A stretch of DNA of 64,000 nucleotides from an uncultured Bacteroidales bacterium (GCA_964534745.1 CAZHQW010000009.1:3777-67776), one strand, 5' to 3'; counted from the first letter of the stretch, positions 17,218 to 27,208 are shown. A program made the numbers and translations. Notes: generated from the letters alone by a model not told the origin.

Positions 17218-19020
17218 TTATTTAAGTATTCCCATCTGCTTCATTAATAATGTGGCATTCATCTTCCTGGTAATCCCGTCTGTGAGTTTATAGTCGAACA
17301 GAATTTCTGAACCATCAATTTCTACTTCAAAGCATTTATTTTTTATGTTTGTTGGGAATCTTTTTTCATATTTTGCCAGTTCAAGGTCGTGGGTTGCTAT
17401 GACTCCTGTTCCACCCAGTTTAATAAGTTTTTCCAGTATTGACTTTGAGCCTTTTTGTTTATCGGCAGAATTGGTGCCTTTAAGAATTTCATCAAGGAGA
17501 ATAAAAATATTTTCTTTACTGTCAAGTTTTTCCATTAACTCTTTAAGGCGTTTCAGCTCTGCATAAAAGTAGGATTCATGTTTTTGAAGTGAATCGCTGG
17601 TCCGCATGCTCGTGAAAAGGCCGGTGACTTTAAATCTGAATTTTGCTGCACATACGGGGGCTCCGCACATTGCAAGCACAAGGTTGATACCAATGGTCCT
17701 GAGAAATGTGCTTTTGCCGGCCATGTTGGCTCCTGTAATAATTACAAACTCCCGGTCTGTCATTATTGAGAAATCGTTTGTTACTCTTTCGCGGGAATTT
17801 ATTAAAGGATGGCCGATGTCCAGGGCGTCTATAATTATGCCGGTTTCAGGTGAAGGGAATATATGGTCAGGGAAGTTAAAATGATGATTTGCAAGGCTTG
17901 ACAGTGCATCAAACTCAGCAAGGACATCAAACCATTCCGGTATCTTATCAATGTACTCAAGTTTCCATTTTTCCAGGCGTATGATACACTGGATATCCCA
18001 CAGCAGCATTCCGTTAAGTATTACTCCTGCGAGCATATTGAGGCGGTTATCAAATGCTGAGACAATAGCTGCCAGCTTTTTAATGCTAGCATAGGCAGAA
18101 ATATTACCTTTACCGAGTTTATTACGGAGCATGAGCAATATTTCAGATTTGAATTTTTCATTTTCAATACATGCAAATAACCTGTTAAGTTTTAGCAGCA
18201 TACCGAGCCTTTTACCTAAAGTGGAGTGTGCCGCATTGTTATATCTAAGCCTTAATACGGTTATTAAAAGCTGGCACAGAAACAGGAGGATAAATATATT
18301 AATGAACAAGGGAATAAAAATGCCTGCAATAATTGCTGAAACCGTAAACAGGGGCAGAAGCAGGACGAGTATTTTGAAAATGACTTTTCTGCTGTAATAG
18401 GGGCGATCAAACAGCCATTCATTTATCTTGTTCATATCATCTTCAGACTCACTGTATTGTTTTCCTGTAGCTAAAAAATCCTGCCTGCAGTCTGTCATGG
18501 CTGACAGTTCTTTAACAGACTCCTGCCTTCTGATAATATTATCGCCGTTCTTCTCAGGGGTACTGAGCCAAAGGGCCAGTCTATCACTACCGGTCCTTGT
18601 GGATGTCCTGTTAATGAACTGGAAAAGGGAACCTTCGCCAAAAATATCAAGATCATAGCTATATGTATGCGAGGTGCTTATATATTCATTGCCACTCCCA
18701 AACTGGTCGTATCTGTAGTTGAGGGCATTTATTTCATTATTGTTTATTTCTATCAGGCTTTTAATATGATTTTTTGTTTTATTGATTTTTATGAATCTTA
18801 TGACCTGAAGTCCGAATCCAACAAGCAAGAGAATACAGGCAGATACTGCCAGTATTATTGAAAATTTAAGAATATAAATAAGTACGGCTATTGCCATTGT
18901 AAAAGTAAGGAGCCTTGTAAAAGACAATAAGTTTATAGCTTTATTGGCTGAGGCAAGTCTGTTTTCCAGCAATTTTATCCTTTCCTTATAGAATATTTCT
19001 TTCATTGTCCTGATATGCAT
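17218..19020 (-). CDS. membrane-anchored MutS-related ATPase (MutS core and domain V only; no mismatch-binding or Smr domain)
   Basis: Walker A is FVIITGANMAGKSTFLRTIGINLVLAMCGAPV, with LLDEILKGTN and ATHDLEL. The core-domain motif is DLDIFGEGSLFQFINRTSTRTGSDRL. Two hydrophobic TM clusters are present. The start at ATG 19020 (MHIRTMKEIF) is preferred because the tracked start at 19116 overlaps the upstream gene by 92 nt. Confidence 0.75.
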   Translation of the reverse strand: MHIRTMKEIFYKERIKLLENRLASANKAINLLSFTRLLTFTMAIAVLIYILKFSIILAVSACILLLVGFGLQVIRFIKINKTKNHIKSLIEINNNEINALNYRYDQFGSGNEYISTSHTYSYDLDIFGEGSLFQFINRTSTRTGSDRLALWLSTPEKNGDNIIRRQESVKELSAMTDCRQDFLATGKQYSESEDDMNKINEWLFDRPYYSRKVIFKILVLLLPLFTVSAIIAGIFIPLFINIFILLFLCQLLITVLRLRYNNAAHSTLGKRLGMLLKLNRLFACIENEKFKSEILLMLRNKLGKGNISAYASIKKLAAIVSAFDNRLNMLAGVILNGMLLWDIQCIIRLEKWKLEYIDKIPEWFDVLAEFDALSSLANHHFNFPDHIFPSPETGIIIDALDIGHPLINSRERVTNDFSIMTDREFVIITGANMAGKSTFLRTIGINLVLAMCGAPVCAAKFRFKVTGLFTSMRTSDSLQKHESYFYAELKRLKELMEKLDSKENIFILLDEILKGTNSADKQKGSKSILEKLIKLGGTGVIATHDLELAKYEKRFPTNIKNKCFEVEIDGSEILFDYKLTDGITRKMNATLLMKQMGILK

Positions 19021-19024
19021 GTAT

Positions 19025-19801
19025 TTATAGTTCCAATGCGACCACATTAAATACAACTCTTTTGCCAGGGTAGTAGCTTCCTGAAGAGTCAAAATGCCAC
19101 TTCCACCTTTTTTCATTTTTTGCCGGCGGCAGTTCTGTCAGTATAAGCTCTTTCCTGGAGCTTAATGTTCCGTCTGGATTATATATTTCTTCTTCATAAT
19201 CAGTAATCAGGCATGACCTGTCCGGTACCAGCGAATCGATATGCAACTTCTGAACCTTCTTCCTGAGGCAATTTAGCTCACTGTCGTCATAGATCCTGAA
19301 TTTTTTTAAATAATCGGCGAGTAACATATCGAGCTGGTTCAGTATGTTAAGTGAAATTATGCAATCTGCTTTCTGCAATAGTTCCAGGCCCTGTAATTCT
19401 ATTTTAGCGGGGTCTCTCTTGATGCTGGTTTTTTTATGTTCTTTGACGAGGTTGAATACTTCTGATATTCCTCCCCCGGAGATGTCGGCCACAACCAGTT
19501 CCATATTATTAAATCTCCTGATCTTATGTTTAATCTGAGGGGGATGGTTTATATCAAGAAGCATCACTCTTTTCACATTTTCTTCCAGGTATGTAACAGG
19601 CGCGTCCAGGAGCCATCCGCTGCCCATGATTGCCACAGATTCGGGTTTTCTGCCACTAAGGAAGTTAATAATGTAGTCTTTTGTGTTTGCAAGGTGATTA
19701 TCCCACGCTCCTTCCTCGTTGATATATCTTTTTATAATACCTTTCTGATCAGAGAAGTAATTCATCCTGCGTAATATGTTCTTTGATATAAAATTGCTCA
19801 T
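19025..19801 (-). CDS. hypothetical protein with a Rossmann / class I methyltransferase-like motif pattern
   Basis: Contains VAIMGSGWLLDAP (motif I-like), VMLLDINH (acidic post-I), VVADISGGG and CIISLNILNQL. I do not recognise a named family. Confidence 0.45.
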   Translation of the reverse strand: MSNFISKNILRRMNYFSDQKGIIKRYINEEGAWDNHLANTKDYIINFLSGRKPESVAIMGSGWLLDAPVTYLEENVKRVMLLDINHPPQIKHKIRRFNNMELVVADISGGGISEVFNLVKEHKKTSIKRDPAKIELQGLELLQKADCIISLNILNQLDMLLADYLKKFRIYDDSELNCLRKKVQKLHIDSLVPDRSCLITDYEEEIYNPDGTLSSRKELILTELPPAKNEKRWKWHFDSSGSYYPGKRVVFNVVALEL

Positions 19802-19885
19802 GGCATAAACAGATGTGAAAAGGGGAGAGGCTGAAAGATACTATTAAAATATAAAAATATAGAAAACAGATAGTTTAATAATAAA

Positions 19886-20353
19886 CTACTTGTGAGTGTA
19901 AGTTTCGGTCCAGTTATAATTATTGCCTAATGTATCTGTAATCATGCTGGAGACTTTTAATGTTTGTTTGGTCAGTTCCAGAATCTCATATTCAGCCCAA
20001 TAATAATAATAGGGTTCTATAACCATTGTCGTTCCATTCGAACTTAATGTCCATCTCCCATTTTCCAGAATTGAAGGATCTGCAGGATCACACTTTTGGG
20101 CTCCGTCTTCTTTTGTGTAATTTCCACTTTCATCAAAGTTCCATAAATTATCTTTCCAGCAGGGTGAAAGGATAGCGTAATAGTCGCTAATTGATCCCAC
20201 GCCCTCAAAAAAATATGGGGGGTCAATAACACTTGCAGACAATACCCAGGGAGCACGGCATAATAGTTCGGTGTTTGTTAATTCTTCTTCTTTCTTGCAC
20301 GAAAAGAGAAAAACTATATTAATAGCAGTAACTAACAGTACTAATTTCTTCAT
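19886..20353 (-). CDS. small lipoprotein (lipocalin-like?), function unknown
   Basis: Lipobox is ...VFLFSC|KKEE. 155 aa, rich in W/Y. Confidence 0.5.
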   Translation of the reverse strand: MKKLVLLVTAINIVFLFSCKKEEELTNTELLCRAPWVLSASVIDPPYFFEGVGSISDYYAILSPCWKDNLWNFDESGNYTKEDGAQKCDPADPSILENGRWTLSSNGTTMVIEPYYYYWAEYEILELTKQTLKVSSMITDTLGNNYNWTETYTHK

Positions 20354-20425
20354 TCTTCAGGGTTTAATTTTTAAGTAAAGATATAAATTTTTTAAAATGT
20401 GGGTATTATTGAAAATGTAATTTTA

Positions 20426-22615
20426 TCAGAACTGGAAATAGATGAAAGGCTGAAGTTCTGCTGAGAGGGACTGGTAAATGATAAACACAACAGCTGTGCA
20501 GATGATTATTTTCAGCCAGACGGGAGTATTAATGAACCAGTCTCTGTACCTGACCTTTGTGTTTTCAGGTATCCAGTGTACAAATAATGCAAAAACCATA
20601 ATAATAAGGACTTTCCAGTAACTTCCTATCATCTGGGGTACCATACTTAAATTAAAACTTGAACTCACCTGTGTAAGCAGGTCATATGTACCTTTCATGG
20701 ATTCGCCCCTGAACCATATTCTTGTAAATGTGATAAAATTAAAAGTCAGGAAGATGCCCCAGAAATGCACAAGGAAGGGTATTTCGGTTTGATTTTTTAT
20801 AACATGCAGAAGCAGTGCGAGAATCCAGACAATGGTAACAGTCAGCCAGAAAATAACAGGAGCTGAATGGAGGCCTGATCCCATTGTTATTATTACTCCT
20901 GCCAGACTGACCATCAGGGGTATGAATCCCCATTTGCGCATTATGCTGAAATTAAATATATAATATCCCGAGGCGCCCAGAAAAGTGAAAAAAGCAACAA
21001 GTAAAAAAGGATTATAGGTGTTGTTTAATCCTGTAATATATGTTAATGCAACCGAGAATAAGGATAAAAGGAACAAAGCTACTACCGGACTGAGGTAAGT
21101 ATGGGGTGTTCCCTTTTCAGCTGCCCATTTAATTTTCCAGACGAAGTAGCTTATAAACCATACCGTGTTCAGAGCTATCCATATAATAAGACTATACGAT
21201 TCAGACCAGATGGATATTATGCTGCCAGGGAAGGTGTTGTCAGTATTGTGTGCTAAACTGAGTCTGCTCATCAGAAATGTTATAAGGGCAGTGAGATTAA
21301 GCAAAGAGAAAATAATCCACCGTGCAATTTGCGAATTTCTTTTCCAGAACTTATATACAACAACGCCTATACCGTTCAGTCCGCCCCAGATTACAAACAT
21401 CCAGCTCGAACCATGCCATAGTCCTCCCAGGAGCATTGTCATCATTATATTGATGTTGGTGCTTATGGTCAGGCGCACACCGGGAAAGATTCTTGTCAGC
21501 AGCCATACAAAAAGGATTATTGCTGTAAACAGAGGGGCCAGCCATAGCTTGCCTGCAATGAGAATAACAAAGATTAGTATCGTTGTAAGGCTCAGGTAAG
21601 TGAAAAAAGAACCTTCCCTGTTACCTCCCATGGGTATGTACAGGTAATCCTTAAGCCATGACGATAGTGAGATATGCCAGCGCTTCCAGAATTCGCCACA
21701 ATTTTCTGCCTTATAGGGGGAGTTGAAGTTTTTGGGAAGGTAAAAGCCCAGCAGCAGGGCTACGCCAATAGCGATATCAGTATATCCCGAAAAATCACAA
21801 TAAACCTGTATCGAGTATCCGTAGAGTGCAATAAGGTTTTCAAAGCCCGTATATGTTATAGGATCGGCAAATACCCTGTCAATAAGGTTTACTGCGATGA
21901 AATCTCCAACAAACATTTTTTTTGTCAGTCCTTTCAGGATAAGATACAGGCCAAGGCCAAATTCATACCTGGTTAAACTGTATTTTTTGTAAAGCTGGGG
22001 AATAAACTGTGATGCCCTGACTATAGGTCCGGCCACAAGCTGTGGGAAAAATGAAACATAGAATCCGAAGTCAGCTATACTGTTAACGGGCTTGACTTTT
22101 TTCATATACACGTCCACAGTGTAGCTTATTGTCTGGAAAGTAAAGAATGAAATGCCAACAGGGGGCAGTATTTTGCCAAGGTCAAAATGTGTACGCAGCA
22201 AAGCATTAGACCATTTGGCCGCATGTGTAACAACTTCAAGATCAGTATTGAAAACAGCATTGATAGTTTCGGTAAAAAAATAATCATACTTGAAGAATCC
22301 AAGCACTCCAAGGTTAAGCAAGACGCTTAGGGCTACGTATAGTTTTTTAGCGAGCGGGTAACGGGCTTTGTATATTGCTTTGCCTATAAAAAAATTAGAG
22401 GTTGTGGAAAAAAGAAGGATAAAGAAAAAGAGCCCTCCTGTTTTATAATAAAAGAACAGGCTCACCAGGAAGAGATATGTGTTCCTCAGGGCATTTTTTT
22501 TGTAAATCAGCGAGTATATGGCGAGCACGGTCGCATAGAAACCCCAGAAGTAAAGGCGTGTGAAAAGTAAGGGCGATTCCTGATCGTATAGAAATATGTT
22601 TTTCAGGATTTCCAT
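20426..22615 (-). CDS. MBOAT family O-acyltransferase (AlgI/PatA/DltB-like) with an extra multi-TM insertion
   Basis: Contains CDFSGYTDIAIGVALLLGF...FNSPYKAENCGEFWKRWHISLSSWLKDYLYIPMGGNR (conserved His near residue 314). The GGLWHGSSW motif is followed by ~200 extra hydrophobic residues before FTRIWFRGES. Confidence 0.85.
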   Translation of the reverse strand: MEILKNIFLYDQESPLLFTRLYFWGFYATVLAIYSLIYKKNALRNTYLFLVSLFFYYKTGGLFFFILLFSTTSNFFIGKAIYKARYPLAKKLYVALSVLLNLGVLGFFKYDYFFTETINAVFNTDLEVVTHAAKWSNALLRTHFDLGKILPPVGISFFTFQTISYTVDVYMKKVKPVNSIADFGFYVSFFPQLVAGPIVRASQFIPQLYKKYSLTRYEFGLGLYLILKGLTKKMFVGDFIAVNLIDRVFADPITYTGFENLIALYGYSIQVYCDFSGYTDIAIGVALLLGFYLPKNFNSPYKAENCGEFWKRWHISLSSWLKDYLYIPMGGNREGSFFTYLSLTTILIFVILIAGKLWLAPLFTAIILFVWLLTRIFPGVRLTISTNINIMMTMLLGGLWHGSSWMFVIWGGLNGIGVVVYKFWKRNSQIARWIIFSLLNLTALITFLMSRLSLAHNTDNTFPGSIISIWSESYSLIIWIALNTVWFISYFVWKIKWAAEKGTPHTYLSPVVALFLLSLFSVALTYITGLNNTYNPFLLVAFFTFLGASGYYIFNFSIMRKWGFIPLMVSLAGVIITMGSGLHSAPVIFWLTVTIVWILALLLHVIKNQTEIPFLVHFWGIFLTFNFITFTRIWFRGESMKGTYDLLTQVSSSFNLSMVPQMIGSYWKVLIIMVFALFVHWIPENTKVRYRDWFINTPVWLKIIICTAVVFIIYQSLSAELQPFIYFQF

Positions 22616-22665
22616 CAGGTTATCAATGAGTTATTTAAGATACTGCAAGTGCCCATAATGCACAA

Positions 22666-24105
22666 TTATTTCATTCCCATCTTCTCATATTTGTCATATT
22701 CATATATAAATGAGTTATAGAACATCTGTGCAATTATCTTTGATCCGCGGGGATTAAAATGAACGAAGTCTTTTGCAGCAAGGGGAGGTTCGGCGAATAC
22801 CCAGCTTGGCATTGAATTTTTTCCTCCCATGGCCTCGTACATATCCCAGTATGCGGCACCGGCGCGGAATGTAGCATCTTTTAATGCTTTCCTTACTTTA
22901 TTCAGATTAGGATAGGTTATATACTTGTCTTTTTCCTTGACCGACATGTCGGCAACGCCAATAACAATTATGCATACACCGGGGCATACCTCCTTAATTC
23001 TTATAAGCTGGCTGTAAAACCAGTTTTCATAAAATTTGTAATTTTCGACTATATAAGGCACAACGTTACCTCCGAACTGGAGAATTATCAATTTAACATT
23101 TAATAATTTATACATCTCCTCCAGCATATCGCTGTTAATTTTAGTGAATACTATTCCAGAACATCCCCTCATTGCGACGTTGTCGACAGCAACCCCCGAT
23201 TTACCGTCCAGTGCCAATCCATATATTTCAGGACTGTGGCTGCCTTTGAATGTTAGTTTTAAAGATGACCGGGGTTCATCAAAGGTCCATTTTATGACGT
23301 TCAATCTGTGAGTCGGAGGAATGAGGTCTGCGTCAATAAGTGTATTATGGCTGTAAATTTCATTTATAAACGGTGCATTGTTATACCCGTAGAAAATGCG
23401 GCACTGGGTGAAGTGTTTTGTGTTGCCGTATGAGTATTTCGATTCTTCAAATGATACCCATGCCTCGTAATTTGATGTGTCATCAGCCGCTCCGTATTCC
23501 CTGTATGGCGAAAACATGCAGAAACTTCCCAGCACCCCGTACCTGGTGTGTATAATTGTAGAGTCAGGGTCCCCATAAATTGTATACCTGTGCCAGTTAC
23601 CGGAACTTTCCTGTATCATTGAAAATCTATACTCATACAGCTGCGAGGCAGGTACCAGTCCGATCCCCGAGCCCCCGAACCTTTTCTGCAACTTATTTCT
23701 CATAATGCAGGTCATCCTGTCTCCTTCAATCTGGGAATCGCCATAGTGCATTATCCTTATAAGCTTTCCGGATGTTTTTATATCTTTAAGTGCTTTAAAT
23801 ACCGGGAAAAGCACAGTGTTATCGCCGTGGGGATATTCAATTTTGTGTATGCTTTTTATCAGGCTGTCGGCATTTGCCCTGAGTGTATCGGAGATGATTG
23901 AATCTGTAAGGAGCTCATTTTTATTTATTATGTCAGAAATATCGGCATACCTGACTCTTTTTTTTGAAAAGATATCTTCTGCTGAAAAGAACTTAAGCCT
24001 GAATTTTTTGGTTATGTAAATTCCGTTCTCAGGGAAATACAGGGCTATTGCAAATAACAGAAGGAAGACTGACAGGATAAAGAATAATATTTTGTAAGGT
24101 TTCAT
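22666..24105 (-). CDS. SGNH/GDSL-type hydrolase or acyltransferase (AlgX/PatB-like partner of the MBOAT protein)
   Basis: N-terminal TM anchor is present. Block I is IMHYGDSQIEGD. A later ILQFGGN block and a C-terminal DFVHFNPRG (DxxH) follow. The gene lies immediately upstream of the MBOAT gene. Confidence 0.6.
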   Translation of the reverse strand: MKPYKILFFILSVFLLLFAIALYFPENGIYITKKFRLKFFSAEDIFSKKRVRYADISDIINKNELLTDSIISDTLRANADSLIKSIHKIEYPHGDNTVLFPVFKALKDIKTSGKLIRIMHYGDSQIEGDRMTCIMRNKLQKRFGGSGIGLVPASQLYEYRFSMIQESSGNWHRYTIYGDPDSTIIHTRYGVLGSFCMFSPYREYGAADDTSNYEAWVSFEESKYSYGNTKHFTQCRIFYGYNNAPFINEIYSHNTLIDADLIPPTHRLNVIKWTFDEPRSSLKLTFKGSHSPEIYGLALDGKSGVAVDNVAMRGCSGIVFTKINSDMLEEMYKLLNVKLIILQFGGNVVPYIVENYKFYENWFYSQLIRIKEVCPGVCIIVIGVADMSVKEKDKYITYPNLNKVRKALKDATFRAGAAYWDMYEAMGGKNSMPSWVFAEPPLAAKDFVHFNPRGSKIIAQMFYNSFIYEYDKYEKMGMK

Positions 24106-24118
24106 GTCGTCCTGTTGA

Positions 24119-25693
24119 CTAGCTCTTGGGTTTTATTTTCAGGCGCTGTCCAGGTTTTATTTTTGCAGGATCAGAAATATTGTTTAATCTCATAATATCG
24201 GAATCAGAAATACCCGGGTATTGTTTTGCAATATCCCATAAAGTATCTCCTGATCTTACCGTATAATAGACATAATCGCCACTCTCAGCCGGGGTTGTAT
24301 TGGCGGTTTCTGAATTTACGGTTACCGGTGCGCCTATCATTTTTTGTTTCTCGGCAAAGGTCATTGAATTTATTTTCTGGTATTTGCTGACCTTATTTTT
24401 GGGAACATAGACCACAAGGTTCTGACCGCTTCTTATCAAATTACGCCTTATATTGTTCCAGTATCTGAGGTCGGATACCCTGACATTATACCATTCGGCA
24501 ATATATCCCAGGTTGTCTCCTGATTTTACTTTATAATAAAGCCTGGCATAATTGTCGGGGGGTGGTTCATGCGAGTATCTGGATGCAGTATAGATAGTGG
24601 GACTGGTAATAATTTTTTCAGGGTTAAAATATACAGAATCTTTATACGCAAATATTGAATCCTCCAAATCAATAAACCTGGAAATATAATCATGGGGTAA
24701 CCTCAGCGGGTAACTTTTATCTTTGGCAGGTATAATGTCGGTACGATACTGGGGATTCATATCCCTTAAAAGTTTTATTGGCATTCCCAGAACTTCGGAT
24801 ACCTGCATAAGATGCAATTCCTTGGTAATCATTACAGTATCATTGGCAAGCGAAAGTTCAATTTTACGGGGTGTCAGATTATGTTCATTATAGTAATTCA
24901 TTGTATATGTAGCAGCGATGTATGCAGGTACATGGCCTCGGGTTTCCCTGGGGAGGTAAAAATATATATCCCAGTAGTTACTTTTTCCCCCGGAACGCCG
25001 TATGGCCCTGTTGACATTCCCGGGGCCGCAATTATAGGCTGCAACAACAAGAATCCAGTCATTGTAAATATTATAAAGGTCTTTTATGAATCGGGCTGCT
25101 GCATGGGTGGATTTTATGGGATCCCTTCTTTCGTCTACAATGGAGTTTATTGTAAGTCCGTATAATCTGCCTGTCCCGTACATGAACTGCCATAAACCTA
25201 CTGCCCTTGCCCTGGAATATGCCCTCGGATTCAAGGCAGATTCAATTATTGACATGTATTTCAGTTCATTAGGAATGTCATAGCTGTCAAAAATTTCATC
25301 GAAAATGGGGAAATAATACTGGGCAAGGCCCAGCATCACTTCAACTGACTGCCTTTTTTTACAGGTATATACTTCGATGTATTTCCTTACTATGGTATTA
25401 TATGAAAGATCCACGACAGAGGGTATACTTGAGATCCTTGCAATATATACTGAATCTGGAAAATCGGGAATAATTGTGTCTGCCAGCACCGCATACGAGG
25501 AAGTATCAGATAATAGAGAATTGTTTATGTACCAGAGGTTCAGCATACTGTCGAGGTTGGATTCGAAGTTGGATACTACGATCTCGGAATCGTATCTTTC
25601 AACGTCAAGGGTGTCTGTTTTCAGATCTCCAGCAAATGTGTTAAAAACAATGATCAGGGTCCCAATTAATAGTAATCCATGTCTTTTATCCAT
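24119..25693 (-). CDS. lytic murein transglycosylase (MltD-like) with two C-terminal LysM domains
   Basis: The SLT catalytic region is SIIESALNPRAYSRARAVGLWQFM ... AAYNCGPGNV. The LysM domains are YKVKSGDNLGYIAEWYNV and YTVRSGDTLWDIAKQY. Confidence 0.85.
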   Translation of the reverse strand: MDKRHGLLLIGTLIIVFNTFAGDLKTDTLDVERYDSEIVVSNFESNLDSMLNLWYINNSLLSDTSSYAVLADTIIPDFPDSVYIARISSIPSVVDLSYNTIVRKYIEVYTCKKRQSVEVMLGLAQYYFPIFDEIFDSYDIPNELKYMSIIESALNPRAYSRARAVGLWQFMYGTGRLYGLTINSIVDERRDPIKSTHAAARFIKDLYNIYNDWILVVAAYNCGPGNVNRAIRRSGGKSNYWDIYFYLPRETRGHVPAYIAATYTMNYYNEHNLTPRKIELSLANDTVMITKELHLMQVSEVLGMPIKLLRDMNPQYRTDIIPAKDKSYPLRLPHDYISRFIDLEDSIFAYKDSVYFNPEKIITSPTIYTASRYSHEPPPDNYARLYYKVKSGDNLGYIAEWYNVRVSDLRYWNNIRRNLIRSGQNLVVYVPKNKVSKYQKINSMTFAEKQKMIGAPVTVNSETANTTPAESGDYVYYTVRSGDTLWDIAKQYPGISDSDIMRLNNISDPAKIKPGQRLKIKPKS

Positions 25694-25707
25694 AGTATTC
25701 AGAATAA

Positions 25708-26319
25708 TTAAAACTTAATACTTAATCTTATTCCCATTGAGCTTGCATATAAGTCATTACTGATTGTAACCGGACTTAAATTAAAACTTATATCGTCGGA
25801 AACATCATAATTAAGAAAATGTGCATCAATCATGGCATCGATAATATTAAGGAAATATATGGCCGCTATGCCGACAAGGCAATAATCCTTATATCTCCTG
25901 GCGCCGTTCCTGGCTACTTCAAGTGTTTTAACAATATCTGCGCTAGGTATCAGCCTCCCCCTGAATTCATAGGATGTCGGCTGTGGCTCCATATAATATA
26001 CCTCGATATAGGCATCATTTAAATCGTCATAAAAGCTTTTGTAATATAGATACATGAATATGACAGCACCTCCTATGCCATAAATGATAGGCACTTTCCA
26101 GTATTTGCGGTTATAGATCTGTCCGAGTCCGGGCAGCACAGCCGAATAAAGCTGGGCCTTGATGGGGGAATGCCTGCTTACAAAGGCCGAATCGTATAAT
26201 AGTTGCTGGGATTGCGCATAAATATTTCCGGAGGGGTAGGATACCAGACCTATTATAATACAGAAAATAAATTTATACAAATGTAAGCTGCGTAATTTAA
26301 AAATATCATTCAGGCGCAC
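25708..26319 (-). CDS. DUF5683 domain protein
   Basis: Contains SAVLPGLGQIYNRKYWKVPIIYG. Its position directly downstream of parB is typical of Bacteroidota. Confidence 0.65.
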   Translation of the reverse strand: MRLNDIFKLRSLHLYKFIFCIIIGLVSYPSGNIYAQSQQLLYDSAFVSRHSPIKAQLYSAVLPGLGQIYNRKYWKVPIIYGIGGAVIFMYLYYKSFYDDLNDAYIEVYYMEPQPTSYEFRGRLIPSADIVKTLEVARNGARRYKDYCLVGIAAIYFLNIIDAMIDAHFLNYDVSDDISFNLSPVTISNDLYASSMGIRLSIKF

Positions 26320-26323
26320 AATA

Positions 26324-27208
26324 TTATTTCATTTTTAAGCTGTCAAAGATAGCTATAATTCTTTCCAGTTCTTCATCAGAGTTAAAAGATATAACGATTT
26401 TGCCGGCTCCTTTATTGTTTCGTTTAAAGTCTATGCTAGTCTTGAAAAACTCTGAAAGATGCACCTTAAGGTCGTCGTATTCTTTTGGCTGTCCGTATGT
26501 TTTTAATTTCTGATCTTCGGGTTTGTCTTTTAGTTTATTTATTTTTCTTGCCAGTTCTTCTACTTTTCTAACAGACAGATCTTCGTCAACAATCTTGTAA
26601 TATAATCTGAGCTGGTCATTGGTATCTTCGATATTAACAAGGGCGCGTGCATGGCCCATTGATATTTTATTATCTTTTAATCCGAGCTGAATTTCAGGCG
26701 GAAGCTTTAGCAGCCTAAGGTAGTTGGTGACGGTTGTTCTTTTTTTACCGACGCGCTGGCTAAGATCTTCCTGGGTAAGGTTGCATTCTTCGGTAAGCCT
26801 CTGGTAGCTTATAGCGACATCGATAGCATTCAGGTCCTCACGCTGGATATTCTCAACAAGCGCCATTTCCAGCATATTCTGGTCATTTGCTATGCGGACA
26901 AACGCAGGTATTTTCTTTATACCCGCTATTTTTGCTGCTCTAAGCCTTCTTTCTCCGGTAATTAACTGGTATTTGTTATCATCTATTTCCCTGACAGTTA
27001 TAGGTACGACAATCCCCAGTTCCTTTATCGATGAGGCTAATTCGTTAAGTGATTCCTCGTCGATTTTTGAACGGGGCTGAAAGGGATTCAGTTCTATCCT
27101 GTCTATAAATATTTCTGTGCCACCGCTTATTTTGCCGATTAGTAGCTCTTTGTCCTCTTCATCTATTAAAGCGCCTAATCCTCTTCCTAATGCATTTTTT
27201 CTGGCCAT
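26324..27208 (-). CDS. parB: chromosome partitioning protein ParB/Spo0J
   Basis: Contains GRGLGALI, NPFQPR and LITGERRLRAAKIAG, plus an HTH region. Confidence 0.9.
   Translation of the reverse strand: MARKNALGRGLGALIDEEDKELLIGKISGGTEIFIDRIELNPFQPRSKIDEESLNELASSIKELGIVVPITVREIDDNKYQLITGERRLRAAKIAGIKKIPAFVRIANDQNMLEMALVENIQREDLNAIDVAISYQRLTEECNLTQEDLSQRVGKKRTTVTNYLRLLKLPPEIQLGLKDNKISMGHARALVNIEDTNDQLRLYYKIVDEDLSVRKVEELARKINKLKDKPEDQKLKTYGQPKEYDDLKVHLSEFFKTSIDFKRNNKGAGKIVISFNSDEELERIIAIFDSLKMK

Noticed and set aside
19021-19116. Longer start for the MutS-like gene (tracked at 19116).
   Set aside because: It would overlap the upstream gene by 92 nt. The ATG at 19020 sits 4 nt after that gene's stop and precedes the first TM region.
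21165-21599. 144-aa plus-strand ORF inside the MBOAT gene. The same applies to 43278-43712, 24812-25165, 41325-41666, 36630-36950, 16736-17059 and the other 60-120-aa ORFs antisense to called genes.
   Set aside because: All lie wholly within longer ORFs on the opposite strand that carry clear family motifs. None has its own recognisable motif or upstream signals.
22494-22501. T8/A8 homopolymer within the 5' part of the MBOAT coding region, and similar T8 runs at about 12800, 16400, 16545 and 21915. These were considered as phase-variation tracts.
   Set aside because: Runs of 8 A/T are common in AT-rich genomes and are shorter than typical contingency tracts. There is no evidence of length heterogeneity from a single sequence.
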